Below, piece after piece: positions 34,231 to 50,392 of a stretch of DNA of 64,000 bases. Origin of the DNA: the human T2T-CHM13v2.0 reference genome, Homo sapiens. The translations under genes and the position numbers were made by a program. The number at the start of each line of letters is the position of its first letter. Position 1 is the first letter of the stretch. The stretch lies in the NCBI RefSeq assembly GCF_009914755.1, contig NC_060927.1. The stretch is one strand, 5' to 3'. The notes under the pieces are model-generated. The model did not search any database and was not told the DNA's origin. It saw only the letters and a list, made by a program, of their open reading frames with translations.

Positions 34231-36341
34231 AACATCTAACAGTGTTTTTAGTGCTTTTAAATATTAATACATTTAACTTTTATAACCATCCCAAGAAAAT
34301 AACTCTTTGATGTAGGCACTATAATTGTCCACATTTTACAGCAGAAAAAAAAATAGAGCTTTAGAGAACTCACATAACCAGTAAAAGGTGAGTTACGATT
34401 TGAATTCAGGCGGTCTGAGTTCATAGACTTCATCTTTAAGCAGTAGACTATGTTTCCATCCAATATTTTTTGAGTGAATGAACAAATGAACAAATGAAAA
34501 AATTGCATCTTTATGTGTCATTTCTCTTAAAGCAGCAAATTTGTGGCCAGAGGCTGAGTGTTAGAGTCAGCTAGCATGCTATTCAAATTCCAACACTGTG
34601 ACTTATTACCTATTATAATAAGTACATAAAATCAATAAAATGGGGTTCATAATATCATACTGAAGAGGATAAAGGCACAACATCTAATAAAGTGTGTAAA
34701 ATCTAGCAACTCTCCTTTTCAGTATACACCATACAGAAAGTCTTGCTCATATGCACAAAGAGACAAGTACAAAAATTTTCACTGTACTGTTATTTGGAAA
34801 TAACTTATGTCTATCAACAAGAGATTGATATATTCATGCAATGGGATATAGGGATTAAAAATGAATTTGGAGATAAATCCCAAAAACTTACTGAAAGAAA
34901 AATAAAAGCAGCAGAATGATGCATACATATATAAGTTTTACAGACACACAAAGAATTATATATATTGTTTATAGATACAAACAGATGTGACATAATTATA
35001 AAAACATGCCTGGGAATAAAAAACTTCAGGGCAGGATTTTCTAGGGAGTGGGAAGAGGTACAAAGGAGGTTTCAACTGATTCAATATAATTTTATTATAT
35101 TACAAAAAAGTAACCAAAACAAACATGGCAGATTATTTGTAAGATGCCTTAAACAGTGCTGGGAGCATAGATTTTTCCCTATATTACCTTTTATATTTCT
35201 GTATATTGAAATAAGTCCTAAAGTTTTTTATTCTTAAAGGTAGCACATGCAAAGTGCCAAGCATAAGGCCTAGCATATAGAAAGGCCTAGCATATAGCAG
35301 CTGCTTAATATCTAGTAGCTGTTAGTCAAGTCAAGACAGCAAGGTTACATAAAAGTACCAGTTAAAGGAAAAACAGCTATTTAAGCAAAAAGCTTTACCT
35401 AAACACACACACAAAATTTAAGAGACAAAAAAATGACTAAAAAGGACATTAGGGGAAAATGGGACTATTTAATTTACCATATTTGCTAGCATTTTTTATA
35501 GCAAAAGTTTATTTCAAGGATGCCAGGATGTATATCTGTTATGTATGTACATATATACACAATATATCTAATTACATATGGGTGTTAATTTTAATTTTTT
35601 TCATGAGAGCTTAATTTCTGTCTGCTTTCCATGTTGTAAGTCATATGGTCTTGTTTATAAAATTTAGAACTGCAGATCTGATTCCTCATTTGAGTCATTC
35701 AGACTTTTCCGTAACAACCAACCGGGACATCAAAAATATAATGTTCAGAATAAACATAAGTAGGGGATGAATGAGAAAGTTATTTTATGCTACAAGCTCC
35801 ACCAAGAAAAGATGGAATGTGAAAAACAAACACTCATTTGAAGAGTCCGGAGAGTCCGTTCTTGATGCTTTTCAAGCTGTGCAACAAAGGTTCAAAAATG
35901 CTTTTCAAAGAACCTGGGACTAATTTTGTTGAGTTTAGGTGACATGTTTCTTTTAGAAATTTCTGTCAGGTGATGAGCTAAAAAATTAAGATAAAAAATT
36001 AAAAATTAGTTTTTGGGTACCTTAGCATCTTAGTTCCCTGCCATAAAATCTTTGGTTACCAGAAAAAGTAGAATATTAATTTTCTCAGTGATAAATGGAC
36101 TCATTTCATTTATCACCCAAATTTTCTCTCCTTTCTGTATGTGTTAATCACTACTATAATGGTAAGTAGCTGAGTCTGTTGTGGTCCAATCCCTTGAAAA
36201 AAGTGTAGCAAGCAGTCAGGAGACCTCTCTGAAGGCTGGCTGTGTTTTAAAGCTAGATTCTACATCCTCACATCAAGGCAATCTCACTCTTCACTTTCCT
36301 CCTGCTGCCCTTGCTTCAGTGCAGGCTTTGGTCCTAGCACC

Positions 36342-37088
<747 letters not shown>

Positions 37089-37089
37089 G

Positions 37090-37435
37090 CATTCACGCTG
37101 TTCTGTGGCAAGGCAGAATTGGTTTGCCTGGCCCCTTTGGTTGGGTGGGTATGTGACCAGTTCTGCCAATGACTGAGAAGTGACATGAGCCACTTAGAGG
37201 CCAAGCATTTAACTGCTAGAACCAGACTCTGAAGAGCTCTTCACCTTCTATCAGGGCACCTGGCAATGTTTAGGAACATTCTGTGGGCCTGAATGACAGT
37301 AATCAACCAAGCTTCCAGCCAACCAGTGATTGAATAGGTAGTATGAGCAAAAGTAGAGAAAATTATTGCTTTAAGCCACCAGGATCCTGGGGCTGTTTGT
37401 TGCCATGGCTAACCCCATTTATGCTGACTGATACA
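37090..37435 (+). mobile_element. MLT1-family MaLR LTR fragment
   Basis: Ends TTGCTTTAAGCCAC...GCTGACTGATACA. Confidence 0.6.
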
Positions 37436-38138
37436 CTGACATCACTACAACAGCCTCTGAGCTTCCCTTGCCTTACTGCTTCCCTATGCAATACTTCCCA
37501 AGTCTATCCGCCTCACGGCTGCCAGTGGTATTTCTAAATCAACTCCTTCCTTCCCCACAAAGATCTCCCCATAAACATCAAAATTCTAAAGTACAGGGTC
37601 ATTCAAGTTCAGGCATTATTCTCAATCAAAATCTCTCTGTCTTTGTCTCTCTACTCATCAAGGTTAAAAAAAAAAAACCAAAAAACCCTCTTATAATCCC
37701 CAACAAAAGTCATGTTCCATGCCTGAAATACCCTTCTACCTTCCTCCTACTTGTCCTTCAAAGAAAGGCATAAGAGTCACTCCCTCCAGGAAGCTTCCTT
37801 GGTCCTTCCCTTTTGCATTATTCCTGTCTGGTTTAGACTCCCTCCACTGATCATCTAAAAAGGCAAAGCCCTTTCATAGACCTTGGTTTCCTTAACTGTC
37901 TCCCTTACATGAAAATACATTTTCTGAAGGCAAGACAAAAGTCTATTTTGATTTTGTGTTTCTAACACCTTGGCATCAGAACTGAGACTTGGTGAGCCAT
38001 TGACAATTATTTCAGGTATGAATGAACAAATGAATAAATCAATCTATGACTCCAATCATTATATTTTACAGAGAAGGACCTAGTAAAGGTAAACTGAGCA
38101 CTCATCCTGAACATTTGTTTTTTAATTTCTAAGTAATT

Positions 38139-38435
38139 ATATATATATATTTTTTGAGACAGGGTCTCACTCTATTGCCCAGGCTGAAATGCGGTGGCAC
38201 AATCTCAGCTCACTGCAGCTTTAGCCTCCCAGGTTCAAGCGTTCCTCCTGCCTCAACCACCTAAGTAGCTGGGGCTACAGGCACACACCACCACACCCAG
38301 CTAACTTTTGTATTTTTTGTACAGGTGGGGTTTCGCCATGTTGCCCAGGCTGGTCTCAAACTCCTGGGCTCAAGTGACCTGCCCGCCTTGGCCTCCCAAA
38401 TGCTGGGATTATAGGCACGAGGTGCCACACCCAGC
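38139..38435 (-). mobile_element. Alu (J-like)
   Basis: Full dimer, (TA)n/T tail. Confidence 0.92.
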
Positions 38436-38548
38436 CACGCCTAGGTTTTTGATGAGAAAATTTTTCCATATTCCTTTAAGTTCTGTTTTTCTGTGATAGA
38501 ATTATGGACTTTTCTTCCTCTAGTATTCTCCACCTTTTTTTTCTTGTC

Positions 38549-38800
38549 TGGGGATTGGCAAACTTTTTCTGTAAAGGGCTGGATAGTAAATATTTTCAGC
38601 TTTGTGGGCAATAGTTCTTGCATCAGCTACTGAACTTTAAGTAGTTCAGACACAACTGCTCAATCTTGCCATTACAGTGTGAAAGCAGCTGTAGACAACA
38701 TGTAATGGATGAGCCTGGCTGTGAGCCAACAAAACTTTATTTACAAAAACAAGAGGCAAGCCCGACTTTGCCCGCAAGCCATAGTTTGCTGACTCCCTTT
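38549..38800. mobile_element. MER58A-like hAT-Charlie MITE
   Basis: TIR-like ends GGGATTGGCAAACT / AGTTTGCTGACTCCC. Internal AAAACTTTATTTACAAAAAC. Confidence 0.85.
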
Positions 38801-40830
38801 CTAGTCCAACTAATTTAGAAGACTGTGGAGAGCGAAGGGTGAGAGCAAGCAAACTGTATACAGTATGAAATGTACAAGGGCTCAATAGGGAATTGTCCTT
38901 TGGAGGACTTGGCCTTTGCCCACCAATGTGGTGAGATCCAGAGTTCAGGCATTACCAGTTTGTGGATCATTGGAGTCTTGGATATAGCAAGATTGTCTCT
39001 TCAGAGACCCTAGTGGGAGATGGCTGTGACCTTCTAGATTTTAACTGTGGGCTTAGCTAAAAGAGCATGTGCTCTACCGTGTGGAACACAGTCCAAATAC
39101 CCAAGGTCCACCCCACACACGCTGCTGTGGGAAATTTCACAGTCTCTCTTACTGAGCATCCTCAGGAAACATGTAAAAATGGGAATGTAGTCTCACCAAG
39201 TCCAGGTGAGACTAGAGGAACTAGTCTCACCTATAAAAGCAATAGTAATGCCCCTAGCTACCCTCTATCAAGTACCTTCTCTGAGTTCAGTATTAAATCC
39301 TTTACATAAACCAGAGCTAACATTTATTGAGCATTTGCTTGTGCCAGGAACAGTGCTAAGTGATATATATGTTCCGTCATGAATTTCTCACCCTATTTCA
39401 TAATGCGGCTGCTTCTGTTCCCCCACTCTTACCCAGGAGGAAATGAAGTTCAGAGAGGGAAAGCAATTTGTCCGAGGTCAAATTTGCTCAAGTTGAGCCT
39501 ACAGACTCTGCCGTGTTCTGTGCTCTATGCTACCCCCTCAGGGACAGCTACCTGCCTCAGGGGAGCTGACCCAGCCTCTTATTGGTCACTTAAATATCCC
39601 GGAGTCTGTGCAAGTTGCCTCCTGTTGGAGGCAATGACTCCCTTCAGGGTTTGCAAGAAATTCTATCTTTGGGACACTGGAGAGGAAGGGAAAACCTAAT
39701 CCCAAGGAATAAACTGAGGGTTTTGTTAGAACATGTCACACTTAATAAAAAGCAAAGGGTGTTGATTATTTTTTTCTGTAATATTCTGTCATCATTTTCC
39801 ACCTAAGTTGTTTGTGAAACCTAATTAATTGCTATAACAAAACCCATCCAGGCAAGATATAAGGAGGACAGGGATATGGCTGATGAATCAGCTTTTAGCA
39901 TTTAGCTTAAAGTGAAGGTGAATGCTCATGTCTGCTACTTTAGCCAAATTCAAGGCTTCACTCATAAAGTAAGTCTTTGTTCAAGGCAGCCTCAATGCAG
40001 CCTGAGCCTGCTTTTTATTTAGTCTCATTACTACAGAAATACCTTATAGCTAGTATCTTAATTATTCATGGTTTGTTGGCAAATTAAGTCACTTGCTTCT
40101 CCAATATCTAGAAATGGAAGAAGTGTTCAATTCCAAAGAAATTATGCCTTCCTAGCTTTGCTAGCCTGACAATAATGTTGTTGGCAAATACCTTATGAAT
40201 AGGTGGGAGATCTTGTTTCACTTATAGTATATGAATAAAAAGAACACCCCCAGGAGACTGACAGGTATTTCATGTAATGGATACCTCCCTTCCCACCCTA
40301 TTTCTCTCTAGAGTGATGAAGCTTTGGCTTTCCTTACAAACAAGACTATTCAGACTAGAAGCAAGAAAAATGACACTTTTTTATCAACAAGATCATCTAA
40401 AATTTGGTTCAGTAAAATATGTAACTCCCTGGTGTGTGTGTTTCTAGTCCATATGCCTGAAAGCTGAGCAGTGCAGTGGAACAATCCCCTCTCTGATTTA
40501 GAATTCACAATTATGGGATAGCAAAGGGGTAATCTTATGATAAGCCCCTTAACTCAAATTCCTGTGGCAAAATACATACAAAGGTATTTGAGCATTAATC
40601 TTTGTACTTATCTTGAAAAATAGCTAATATTTTTATGTAAAGAGCACTAGATTTGATATTCTAATGATGCAGTGAACATTGTTGGTTGCATTTCAGCCAA
40701 ACATTTTGCCTTTCCTCCCTGGCAGCTCTGTGGTCTGAGTAGGGCCAACCTCAATCCTAGGTTCAGAAATGGGTCCCTTCCCCTCTAGCCTCAGCAAATC
40801 AATGCAATCCAGTGTTTCTTAACCTTTTAA

Positions 40831-41409
<579 letters not shown>

Positions 41410-42304
41410 TAAAAGTAGTGAATTTTTTTCCCACCCCCCTCCTCCAAAACAATTTTTGCCTCCTTTGGGCCATTTCACTCTCATTGAGAATGCATAAATT
41501 GTCATCCCATACTCTGTGCCAATCAGTGCATGGCATCAGGAGTGGGTACAGACCCTAAATTGGAGTTCCAGCATGTAAACTGGGACTTTTTTTTTTTTTT
41601 TTTGATAGTTGGAGGATATGAGAAATTCTTTCTTTCTGGATGTGTGGATATAAGGCCTGAAACTGCTGTGATTATCTGCTATTGTGAGGGAAGAAACCAG
41701 CTGAAGATAAAGCCAACACATCAGCAAGACCAGGACTGAAAGCATGGTACCCTGATCAAACAATACCTAAAGTTCATTCTACTGCTAGACTTTTCAGCTG
41801 TGACAAAAGTCATTTCTTTTTACTCTGTAGGCAAGTTTGAATTGGGTTTTCTATTATAATAAAAAAAATCCTAACTCATGGAAAAGATAACATTTATTGG
41901 ATGCTTTCTAAACTCCAGGCAGCGTGCTAAATATCTCACATGTCAATTAATTCTTTTATCAATCTCTGTGATTAGTACTATTAATTTCTCATTTTATAAA
42001 TGATGAAGCTGAAGTATAGTAAGATTAACTTACCCACGGTCATACATAGGCAAAGACTGGATTAACTCCCTTGTCTATTTAACTTGCAGTTACTGTCTTT
42101 TAGTTCTACACAATTAAGTCACTACTTTTTCACTTAATATTTGACAAGCATTAAAAAATGATCTTTCTTTGCAAAGGATTATGTTGCACAATTAAGAATA
42201 TTCAAAGGCTGAAAATATTTTTGAAAATCTTATTTTTGCAAAAGCACAGGAAATATTAAACTTAGAGATCATTTTCTTCTGATTCTGTATTCATAAAAGC
42301 CTTT

Positions 42305-42798
<494 letters not shown>

Positions 42799-42814
42799 AA
42801 TAAGGAGGGGGACT

Positions 42815-42958
42815 TATTTTTTTTTTATTTTTTATTTTTTTAAGAGATGGGTCTCACTATGTTGCCCGGGCTGGCCTCAAACTCCTGGGCTCAAGGGATC
42901 TTCCTGCCTCAGCCTTCTGAGTAGCTGGGATTATAGACACACAGCACACTGCCTGACT
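42815..42958 (-). mobile_element. Alu monomer (FLAM-like)
   Basis: Single arm with T-rich tail. Confidence 0.8.
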
Positions 42959-44629
42959 ACCACCATTATTTTAGATGTTCTTATCAATTATGATATGGTA
43001 TTGGCTCAGTCACCATCCATTTTAGAGAAAAGAAAAAAATACATATATTTTAGTAGCTCAGTGTCTCAAATTGCTATTCTGCATAAAAATTATCAGTCAA
43101 CCTTATAAAGAATCCATAAGGTCTCAGGTTTCTGGAATCTTTATTTTTGAATTGGTCAGTAACAGTATTACAGATAAGCCATAAATCCTCTGAATCCTTG
43201 GGGAGTGAGGCACAGAGTCACTCTGGTTGGCTACAATATTTGCGTTCCCTTTTTGAAAGTTTCTCAAACACTAAAAAGGAAAAACAAAATTACATAAGGG
43301 GCACTTATTCTACAGACCAAACTGAACAGGGATTTCCCAAGAGAGGAAAAAAAAGGCTTGAAAGACAGACACACTTCTGGCTCCAAAAAGCCAGAGAGCT
43401 ATGTAATGTGGCCAGATGGGATATATCCACAATTCCCTAATACTCTCAAACTCCCACATGCTGCCCTGGTTCCCAACCTGCCTTTCAGATTCCATTTCAA
43501 AATGCAAGATATCACAGATATGTTATACAAAGCAGAAGCAGTGAAAGCACAAGTTCAAATGTTCCTCATATTTTAACAAGGGTGACAAGGGGACGCTGAC
43601 TCTTTAGACTTCCACAGGCTAACCTTAGGTGCTGGCCTTTTCATTTTGCCTGATTGATGGAAGATTATGGTTTGTCAAAATCAAGTGCTTGATCATGTAT
43701 GAGACACAATATAATAAGACATAAATTCTAGACATATTAGGAACAGGGTCAAATGGGGGGAAATCCAGGAACTGCAACAAAGCTATTCCACATCACAGGA
43801 AAGAAAATATGATATTATGTTTCCACAGTAGACACCAAGTATATTTCTAAACAATGCAGATTTTTAAAAATCTCAAATATATTAACAACCAAAGCACAGA
43901 ACTTTTAAATTCATAAATTACTGTCTAAAAAAAAAAAAAGAAATCCAGGCAAACTGCAGTACCAGAGAGGATGAATGGTCTCCTAGTTGAGCAAAGTTGC
44001 TGCATTTTTTGCCTGCAGGATGGGAACGAGCAGAGAAATAAAGGGGCTGTGTTGTGTGACAGGGAGTAAATCCTAACATGAGCATTCCAACGTGTAGCCG
44101 GGCCACCCCTCCCTTCCCCAGCCTGTCATCCTCCTGCAAAGTGTTCACAATTTGCTGTCCTTCCTTCCAAAAGCCAGTAGACACAGAATCAGCTTTTCCT
44201 GGCTCTGCCTTACAAGTTGGGGCTGCCTGATGGAAAACTGAAAATCCAACGGAAGGATAAAAATCCACCAAGGCCCCCTCTGCCAGCAAATTGGTGTGAA
44301 ACCGTTGCTTCAGAAGCAGCCACTCCCACCCCCAATGAAATTAAAAAGAAGGACTCATTTGAATGTCTAAGTGGCTTTCTGAAGACCCTCTGTTGCAAAG
44401 CAACAGCCTCCCTAGTCAAGCGCCCGCCAGTACACCATTGCTCTGTAACAGATGTCTGCAAACGCTGGGACTATCTCGCAAGTGCCCCCCATGCCCGATT
44501 TGAAAAATTCACAAGCTCTGTCAAGCAATAATTACCTAGAGCTGCTGAGCGTTTGACCCAAGGGCCAAGCAGTCTGCTAGGAGTTTAAGAAGAGCTGGGG
44601 GGAATAAAATCATACAGGTGGAGCCTGCT

Positions 44630-45335
44630 TCCCACGAGTGCCCGGCATCCTGCTGGGGCCCTCGGGTGCCGCGCGCTCCAGCTCACCTGGTACACGTCCT
44701 GCAGCCCGCACCACGTCCGCAGCACCTGGTGGCAAGCCCGCAGCCTCTCCGTGTACCATCTCCGCAGCGTGGACACGGTCAAGTTCCATACGAAGCGGCT
44801 GCCGCTGAACAGCAGGTCCTCCACGCCACACATGAACACCGAAGCCATGCCTCCTCCTTCGCTCTGAACCCGGGCGTCCCGGCTCTCGTACGTGCAGCCC
44901 CGACCCCAGCGGCCTGCCCGCCTGGGCTCCCGACGCCGGCTTCTGCTGGCAGCCGGGGGGTCAAGCCTGCCACCAAACTCGTCTTTCACCGTGCGTCCTG
45001 GCCAGGCTCCGGCGGCATGCCCTGGGATTGGGTGCCCGCCAGCCAACGGCTGCGACTGGCACACAGAAGCCCAGTGTCCACCCCCGCCCGCTCGCAGCGC
45101 CGAGCAAGCTGTGCTAAGCTCCACCAAGCTGGCCCTCGGTGCTCCCGGGGCACGGGAAGCCCTGGCCGGCGAGGACTCCCCCTGGCGCTTCCCCAGGGCG
45201 CGGGGCAGGGACGGAAGCGGAGCAACTCTTTGCAGGCAGAGAGGGGAGCTGCATTTCAGCACACTTGGCTTCCACGTCTTGCGCGCGCGCGAACACACAC
45301 ACACACAGACACACACCCCCCACACCGGACGAGTG
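44630..45335 (-). promoter_or_regulatory. FRMD4B: CpG island / FRMD4B promoter and 5'UTR
   Basis: Only strongly GC- and CpG-rich segment of the window. GC box CCCCGCCC 45082-45089, CCAAT on minus strand 45027-45031, ETS-like CGGAAG 45212-45217, (GC)n(AC)n tract 45280-45316. TSS not determinable from sequence. Confidence 0.88.
44687..44848 (-). CDS. FRMD4B: FRMD4B (FERM domain containing 4B / GRSP1) coding exon 1, 54 codons
   Basis: Translates to MASVFMCGVEDLLFSGSRFVWNLTVSTLRRWYTERLRACHQVLRTWCGLQDVYQ, which I recognise as the FRMD4B N-terminus. ATG at 44848 in strong Kozak context (GGCATGG). Ends at CAG|GTGAGC donor (44686-44681), phase 0. Lies in a CpG island. Confidence 0.93.
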
Positions 45336-45998
45336 GTCTCCTAATCTGCCTCGGGGAACACCTTACTCATCTTGCTCTGTTCACACTGATAAAACACCTC
45401 TGGGCAGCCACAGCTGCAGAAGAGAGAGAGAGAAAAAAAAAATCTCCAAGGCATCCCTTTGGACCCTACTCCTGGGGGAATAGCCACGAATGTTTCCTTG
45501 GTTCTGCTGGAAGCAGGAGATGAAGGCAACAGTCTCAAAGCAACAGGCGGCCCTAGAACCTGCCTTTGCTCCTAACTTGAGGGTCTCAGAGAAAATGACA
45601 GCCTCCTGTGGTTGCCAGCAGGAAGGCAGGTTTCCTCACACCAAGATGCTGCTAATACCAATGCAGCAGTCAGGGAGAAAAACAGAGTTCTTGGTCCCTT
45701 GTAAATAGCTTGCCGTTACTAGTGCTGGGAAACAGAAGCCCATAAGAGAATCGGTGGTTTAGTTCTGGAAAATTCAGCCTCTGGACATGTCTAACCTCAC
45801 CTGCAAGCACCAACCTGCATGGGTAGTTTATTCTCCCCTCAAAACCAAAGGAAACTGTTCCACCACTCATGAAGTCACTAGATAATTAATCTTATTTATT
45901 TATTTATTAAAGTTTTCCCTCGGGAATTGATGCTGATTGTTGGAAACATTTGGAAAAGGGAGCTCAAGGAGTCTCACCTACCACCAGTCTCTGTCTTC

Positions 45999-46274
45999 CT
46001 TTATTTATTTTTGAGACAAGGTCTGTTGCCCAGGCTGGAGAGCAGTGACTCAATCATAGCTCACAGCTGCCTTGAACTCCTGGGATGAAGTGATCCATCT
46101 TCCCACCTCAGCCACGGGGACTACAGGTGCTAAGTTTATTATCATTATTTTTTTTGTAGAGATGGGGTCTCACTATGTCGCCCAGGCTGGTTTCAAATGC
46201 CTGGGCTCAAGCAATCTTCCAGCCTCAGCCTCCCAAAGTGCTAGCATTACAGACATGACCCATTGTGCCCAGCC
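45999..46274 (-). mobile_element. Degenerate AluJ
   Basis: Both arms recognisable, with deletions. Confidence 0.85.
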
Positions 46275-47202
46275 TCCATTTTCCCTTAGAATGTATGAAG
46301 ATTTCTCATAGCAAAAGTGCTGTAGCAAATTTCAGGATGGAGTTTTTTCCTGAATCCATCTGTAAGTCAATTGTCTGTATTTTCTTGGCTGTTTCACATC
46401 TGGGTTGTTATCTATGCTATTAAGTGGCACCAAAAGGAAAGGTAAGGCACCAAAGCTTTTCTCCTGAACTAGCCCAGAAGACTCCAGAACAGATTATCGA
46501 CAAGTAAATCAGCTTGATTTCAGGTATCAAATGTGCTTTTATAATCTTAATTCAGGTGAAACTCAATCAGTCAAAAGACGAAGAACACAAAATCTGTCCT
46601 CAAAGTGCCTGTTGTTTTCAGTGACTGTAATCAGAAAACTTTTAAATGAGATTTCTTTCGTTAATAAAATTGCCCAAGAGTTTTTGTTGAATTAGTTAAT
46701 AGGACACAAGACTTGGTCCAAGATTTGCAAACCTTTCTTCACAATAAGTCTTCTCTATGTGCCATCAGTATTAGTATTGATGGTTTTTTTTTCAAGATGA
46801 TGGTAACGATGAATCTGAATATAATAGATTTTACTGAATCAAAAGAAAATGAACTTAGCTTGAAAAAGAACTGTCATCATGCTGAATGGAAAACTACTGA
46901 ACTTCAAAAATGCCCTATTAGTACGAGCAAATGGTGGTGGTACTTTTTTTTTTTAAACGATGCAGTTCGACTGTGTTCTCGGAAATGTCAGGCAGCCAAG
47001 GGAATACCAGAATAAAACCTACAACAGGTCAATTACCTCTGTCTCATGACACCATCCTCTCAGAAGAGAGGCTCTAGAAACACTCTGGCTGTTAGCTATC
47101 TGTGCATAGGTCTAATGTCAGCAGTCACTTTCAAATTCCATCATTTTCATTCAAGGTTTCCAAAGTCAGGGCAATTTTTTAGAAGATAGGATGTAGTATA
47201 AT

Positions 47203-47378
47203 AGGGGCTCTCAAAGTGTGGTCACTGGGCCAGCAGCTTTAGCATCACCTGGGAATTTGCTAGAGATGCAAGCTCTCAGGCAGCCCCGGAATCAGAAATT
47301 GTTGGGGGGTGAGATCAGCGATCAGAGCTTTCAGTTGGCCTCTGGAGGATTCCGACTCATGCTAAAATTAGAGAACTA
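47203..47378. mobile_element. MER5A hAT-Charlie MITE
   Basis: CTCTCAAAGTGTGGTC...AGCATCACCTGGGA...GAGAACTAC. Confidence 0.8.
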
Positions 47379-47885
47379 CAATAGTGATAGTATGGTGATT
47401 AGGAGCTAAATCTTTTAAAAGAGACCCACCCAACTTCAGATCTCCTCTCCTCAGGACCCGTGAGACCCCATATAAGCTCCTTAAGTCAACAAAGTCTCAA
47501 TGTCCTCATGTGTACAATGTATTATCAGTATTCACTACAAAAAGTTTGGGGAAAATTAAGTAAAATATTCTGTATAAGGTCTTTAGCACGGTGTCTGGTG
47601 AAGGGTAAGCATCCAAAGAAAACTAATCACCATAACCCCCCGAATCAAGAATTGCTTCAGTTTTTTGTAGTCAGATAAAACAGTATAAGTAAAATGTGGG
47701 TTTTTAAAATGATAGATTTAGTGAGTATAAGTGCAGTGTTGTTATATGGATATATTGCATTGTGGCGAAGTCTGGGCTTTGAGTGTAGCCATCACAAGAA
47801 TAGTGTACATTGTACCTATTAAGTTATTTCTCATCCTTCATCCCCTCCCACCCTCTGACCCTCCCCAGTCTCCATTGTCTCTTAG

Positions 47886-48187
<302 letters not shown>

Positions 48188-49225
48188 TTCTTAGTCCACT
48201 CTCTATGTCCCTGTGTACATATTATAAAATGTGTTTTAAAATTTCAACTAGTTACCTACATGTGCTTTCCTATGACTTTCTGTTTGCTGAAGGTGAAAGT
48301 TTGTGGCAACTTGTTTTCAGGGAGCAGTTCTGTTGCTCTTTCAAGTTCCCAAAAAGCTTTTTGAGCTTGATCTTCCCCACTAGAGGCAACTTGTCCTGTG
48401 GACTCAGAGAAGCTGGGTGCAAGACAGAAGACATCTTATTTCTACTGACATAAACACTGATGCTTTTTTTCTTATCCAAATGGCTTTCCTCTTTTGTAGA
48501 AGAAGTTCGAAGGTCAAGACTGAGTGATTTTAGAGGGAAGGAAATACAACTTCCTCCACTCCAGGGACTGCAGTGGGTGGCAACTGAACCCAGATGTGCA
48601 GAAGTGGAGAAAAGTGCTACCCAAGTATGGCATCATCCTTAAAATGGACTAGCCACATGGGACTAACCAGATCCCAGACACACACCCTTGAAGCTAGTCT
48701 AAAATTTTCTGTGGAAAAGGAGCTAAATCAAGCTAGCTTCAACATTGTCTTGCTTTTTCTTTCTTTCTTTTTTTTTTTTAATTTAAGAAGAGGATTTTCT
48801 TTCCTCCTCAGCACAGAGTTCCCTGCAATACACTGTAATTTCCTGCAGCTCTCTCTGGAGGCTTAAGAAGATGCTTCGGGTGGCAGCATTACTCATACAC
48901 CTGGGAGTTGTGCTGTCGTAAAAGAGAAATTGTCATTATGCCTGAGGCTCCTGTAGGTTCTCCTTTGAGGAACTGGCAGGAAGAAGAGCATGAATGCCAA
49001 GAAGATAGGACAAATTCCAACCCCTGTCTCTAGGAAGAAAGAGCAAGTTAGTGAAATGGCAGCTTCCAGTGGTCCCCTCTGCCTGGCAAAAACACAGAGT
49101 CCACCTAATGTCTGTGGTCATTTTTCAGCTGTACTCTCTAGACACCTGAAAAACTAGTGTGGGTAAACTGACACATCATGGATGTCCAACATAGGGCTTG
49201 AGGTGAATGAAAACAAGGTCTAGTT

Positions 49226-49447
49226 CAATGGTTCTCAACCGGGGGCAATTTTATACCTCCCTCCCATGCTGAGACATGTGGCAATGTCAGAAGACGTTTT
49301 TGGTTGTCGCAACTGGGAGATGCTACTGGCGTCTAGCAGGTAGAGGCCAGGGATGCCGCTAAACATTATATAATGCACTGGAGAGCCCCCAGAGCAAAGG
49401 ACTCTCCTGCCCAAAATGTCCCTGGTGCAGAGGTCAGTGAACCCTGG
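49226..49447. mobile_element. MER20 DNA transposon
   Basis: CAATGGTTCTCAACCGGGGGCAATTTT...TGCTACTGGCGTCTAG..GGTAGAGGCCAGGGATGCCGCTAAACAT. Confidence 0.9.
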
Positions 49448-49468
49448 TCTAATTAAATGCTACACCCT

Positions 49469-49777
49469 GGCCAGGCACGGTGGCTCATGCCTGTAATCCC
49501 AGCACTTTGGGAGGCCAAGGCTGGCAGATTACTTGAGGTCAGGAGTTTGAGAACAACCTGGCCAACATGACAAAACCAATCTCTACTAAAAGTAACAAAA
49601 ATTAGCCGGGAGTAGTGGTGTGTACCTGTAGTCTCAGCTGCTTAGGAGGCTGAGGCGGAAGGACTGCTTGAACCTGGAAGGTGGAGGTTGCAATGAGCTG
49701 AGATCACATCACTGCACTCCAGCCTGGGCAACAGAGCGAGATTCTGTCTCAAAAATAAATAAAAAATAAAATAAAAT
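49469..49777 (+). mobile_element. AluS
   Basis: TSD AAATGCTACACCCT at 49455-49468 and 49778-49791. Confidence 0.95.
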
Positions 49778-50084
49778 AAATGCTACACCCTGTTCTTCCT
49801 CTCACATGGCTAGTTGTGGAGAAACAGTCTTCCCTCTTGTTATTTTCTTTCCAAAAGGCAAAAGAAATGAAGCAATCACTGTATAATGGTTTTTTGTTTG
49901 TTAGTTTTTTTTTACACAGTCACAATTTCGAATATAATGAACTCAAAGTCTTTTGAGAAATAACCGGAATGCCGTTTCCTATGATTTTCACTTACAATTT
50001 TTGGATACTTATCATCCAAAGGGAGAATAACTATCATAACAACTATTAATATTTTTGTACTTCAGTTTTTGTTTCATTTCATTT

Positions 50085-50392
50085 ATTTATTATTTATTTA
50101 TTTTTATTTTTTTTTATTATTATACTTTTAAGTTCTAGGGTACACGTGCACAATGTGCAGGTTTGTTACATATGTATACATGTGCCATGTTGGTGTGTTG
50201 CACCCATTAACTTGTCCTTTACATTAGGTATATCTCCTAATGCTATCCCTCTCCCCTCCCCCCACCCCACGACAGGCCCCGGAGTGTGATGTTCCCCACC
50301 CTGTGTCCAAGTGTTCCCACTGTTCAATTCCCACCTATGAGTGAGAACCTGCGCTGTTTGGTTTTCTGTCCTTGCGATAGTTTGCTCAGAAT
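50085..50392 (-). mobile_element. 5'-truncated L1PA (PA4-6-like) 3' end
   Basis: ATACTTTTAAGTTCTAGGGTACACGTGCACAA.... TSD TCATTTCATTTA. Confidence 0.92.

Noticed and set aside
35265-35297. AAGGCCTAGCATATAG x2
   Set aside because: Small slippage duplication in a MIR/L2 remnant, with no functional indication.
35771-35923. 50-codon plus-strand ORF (MRKLFYATS...QRTWD) in unique sequence near AP-1 site 35691-35697
   Set aside because: Length expected by chance. No splice or promoter context and no recognisable homology.
44618-45523. 301-aa plus-strand ORF and other long ORFs over the CpG island
   Set aside because: Stop-poor GC-rich shadow of FRMD4B exon 1. Low-complexity P/A/R composition, runs through a microsatellite, no recognisable domain.
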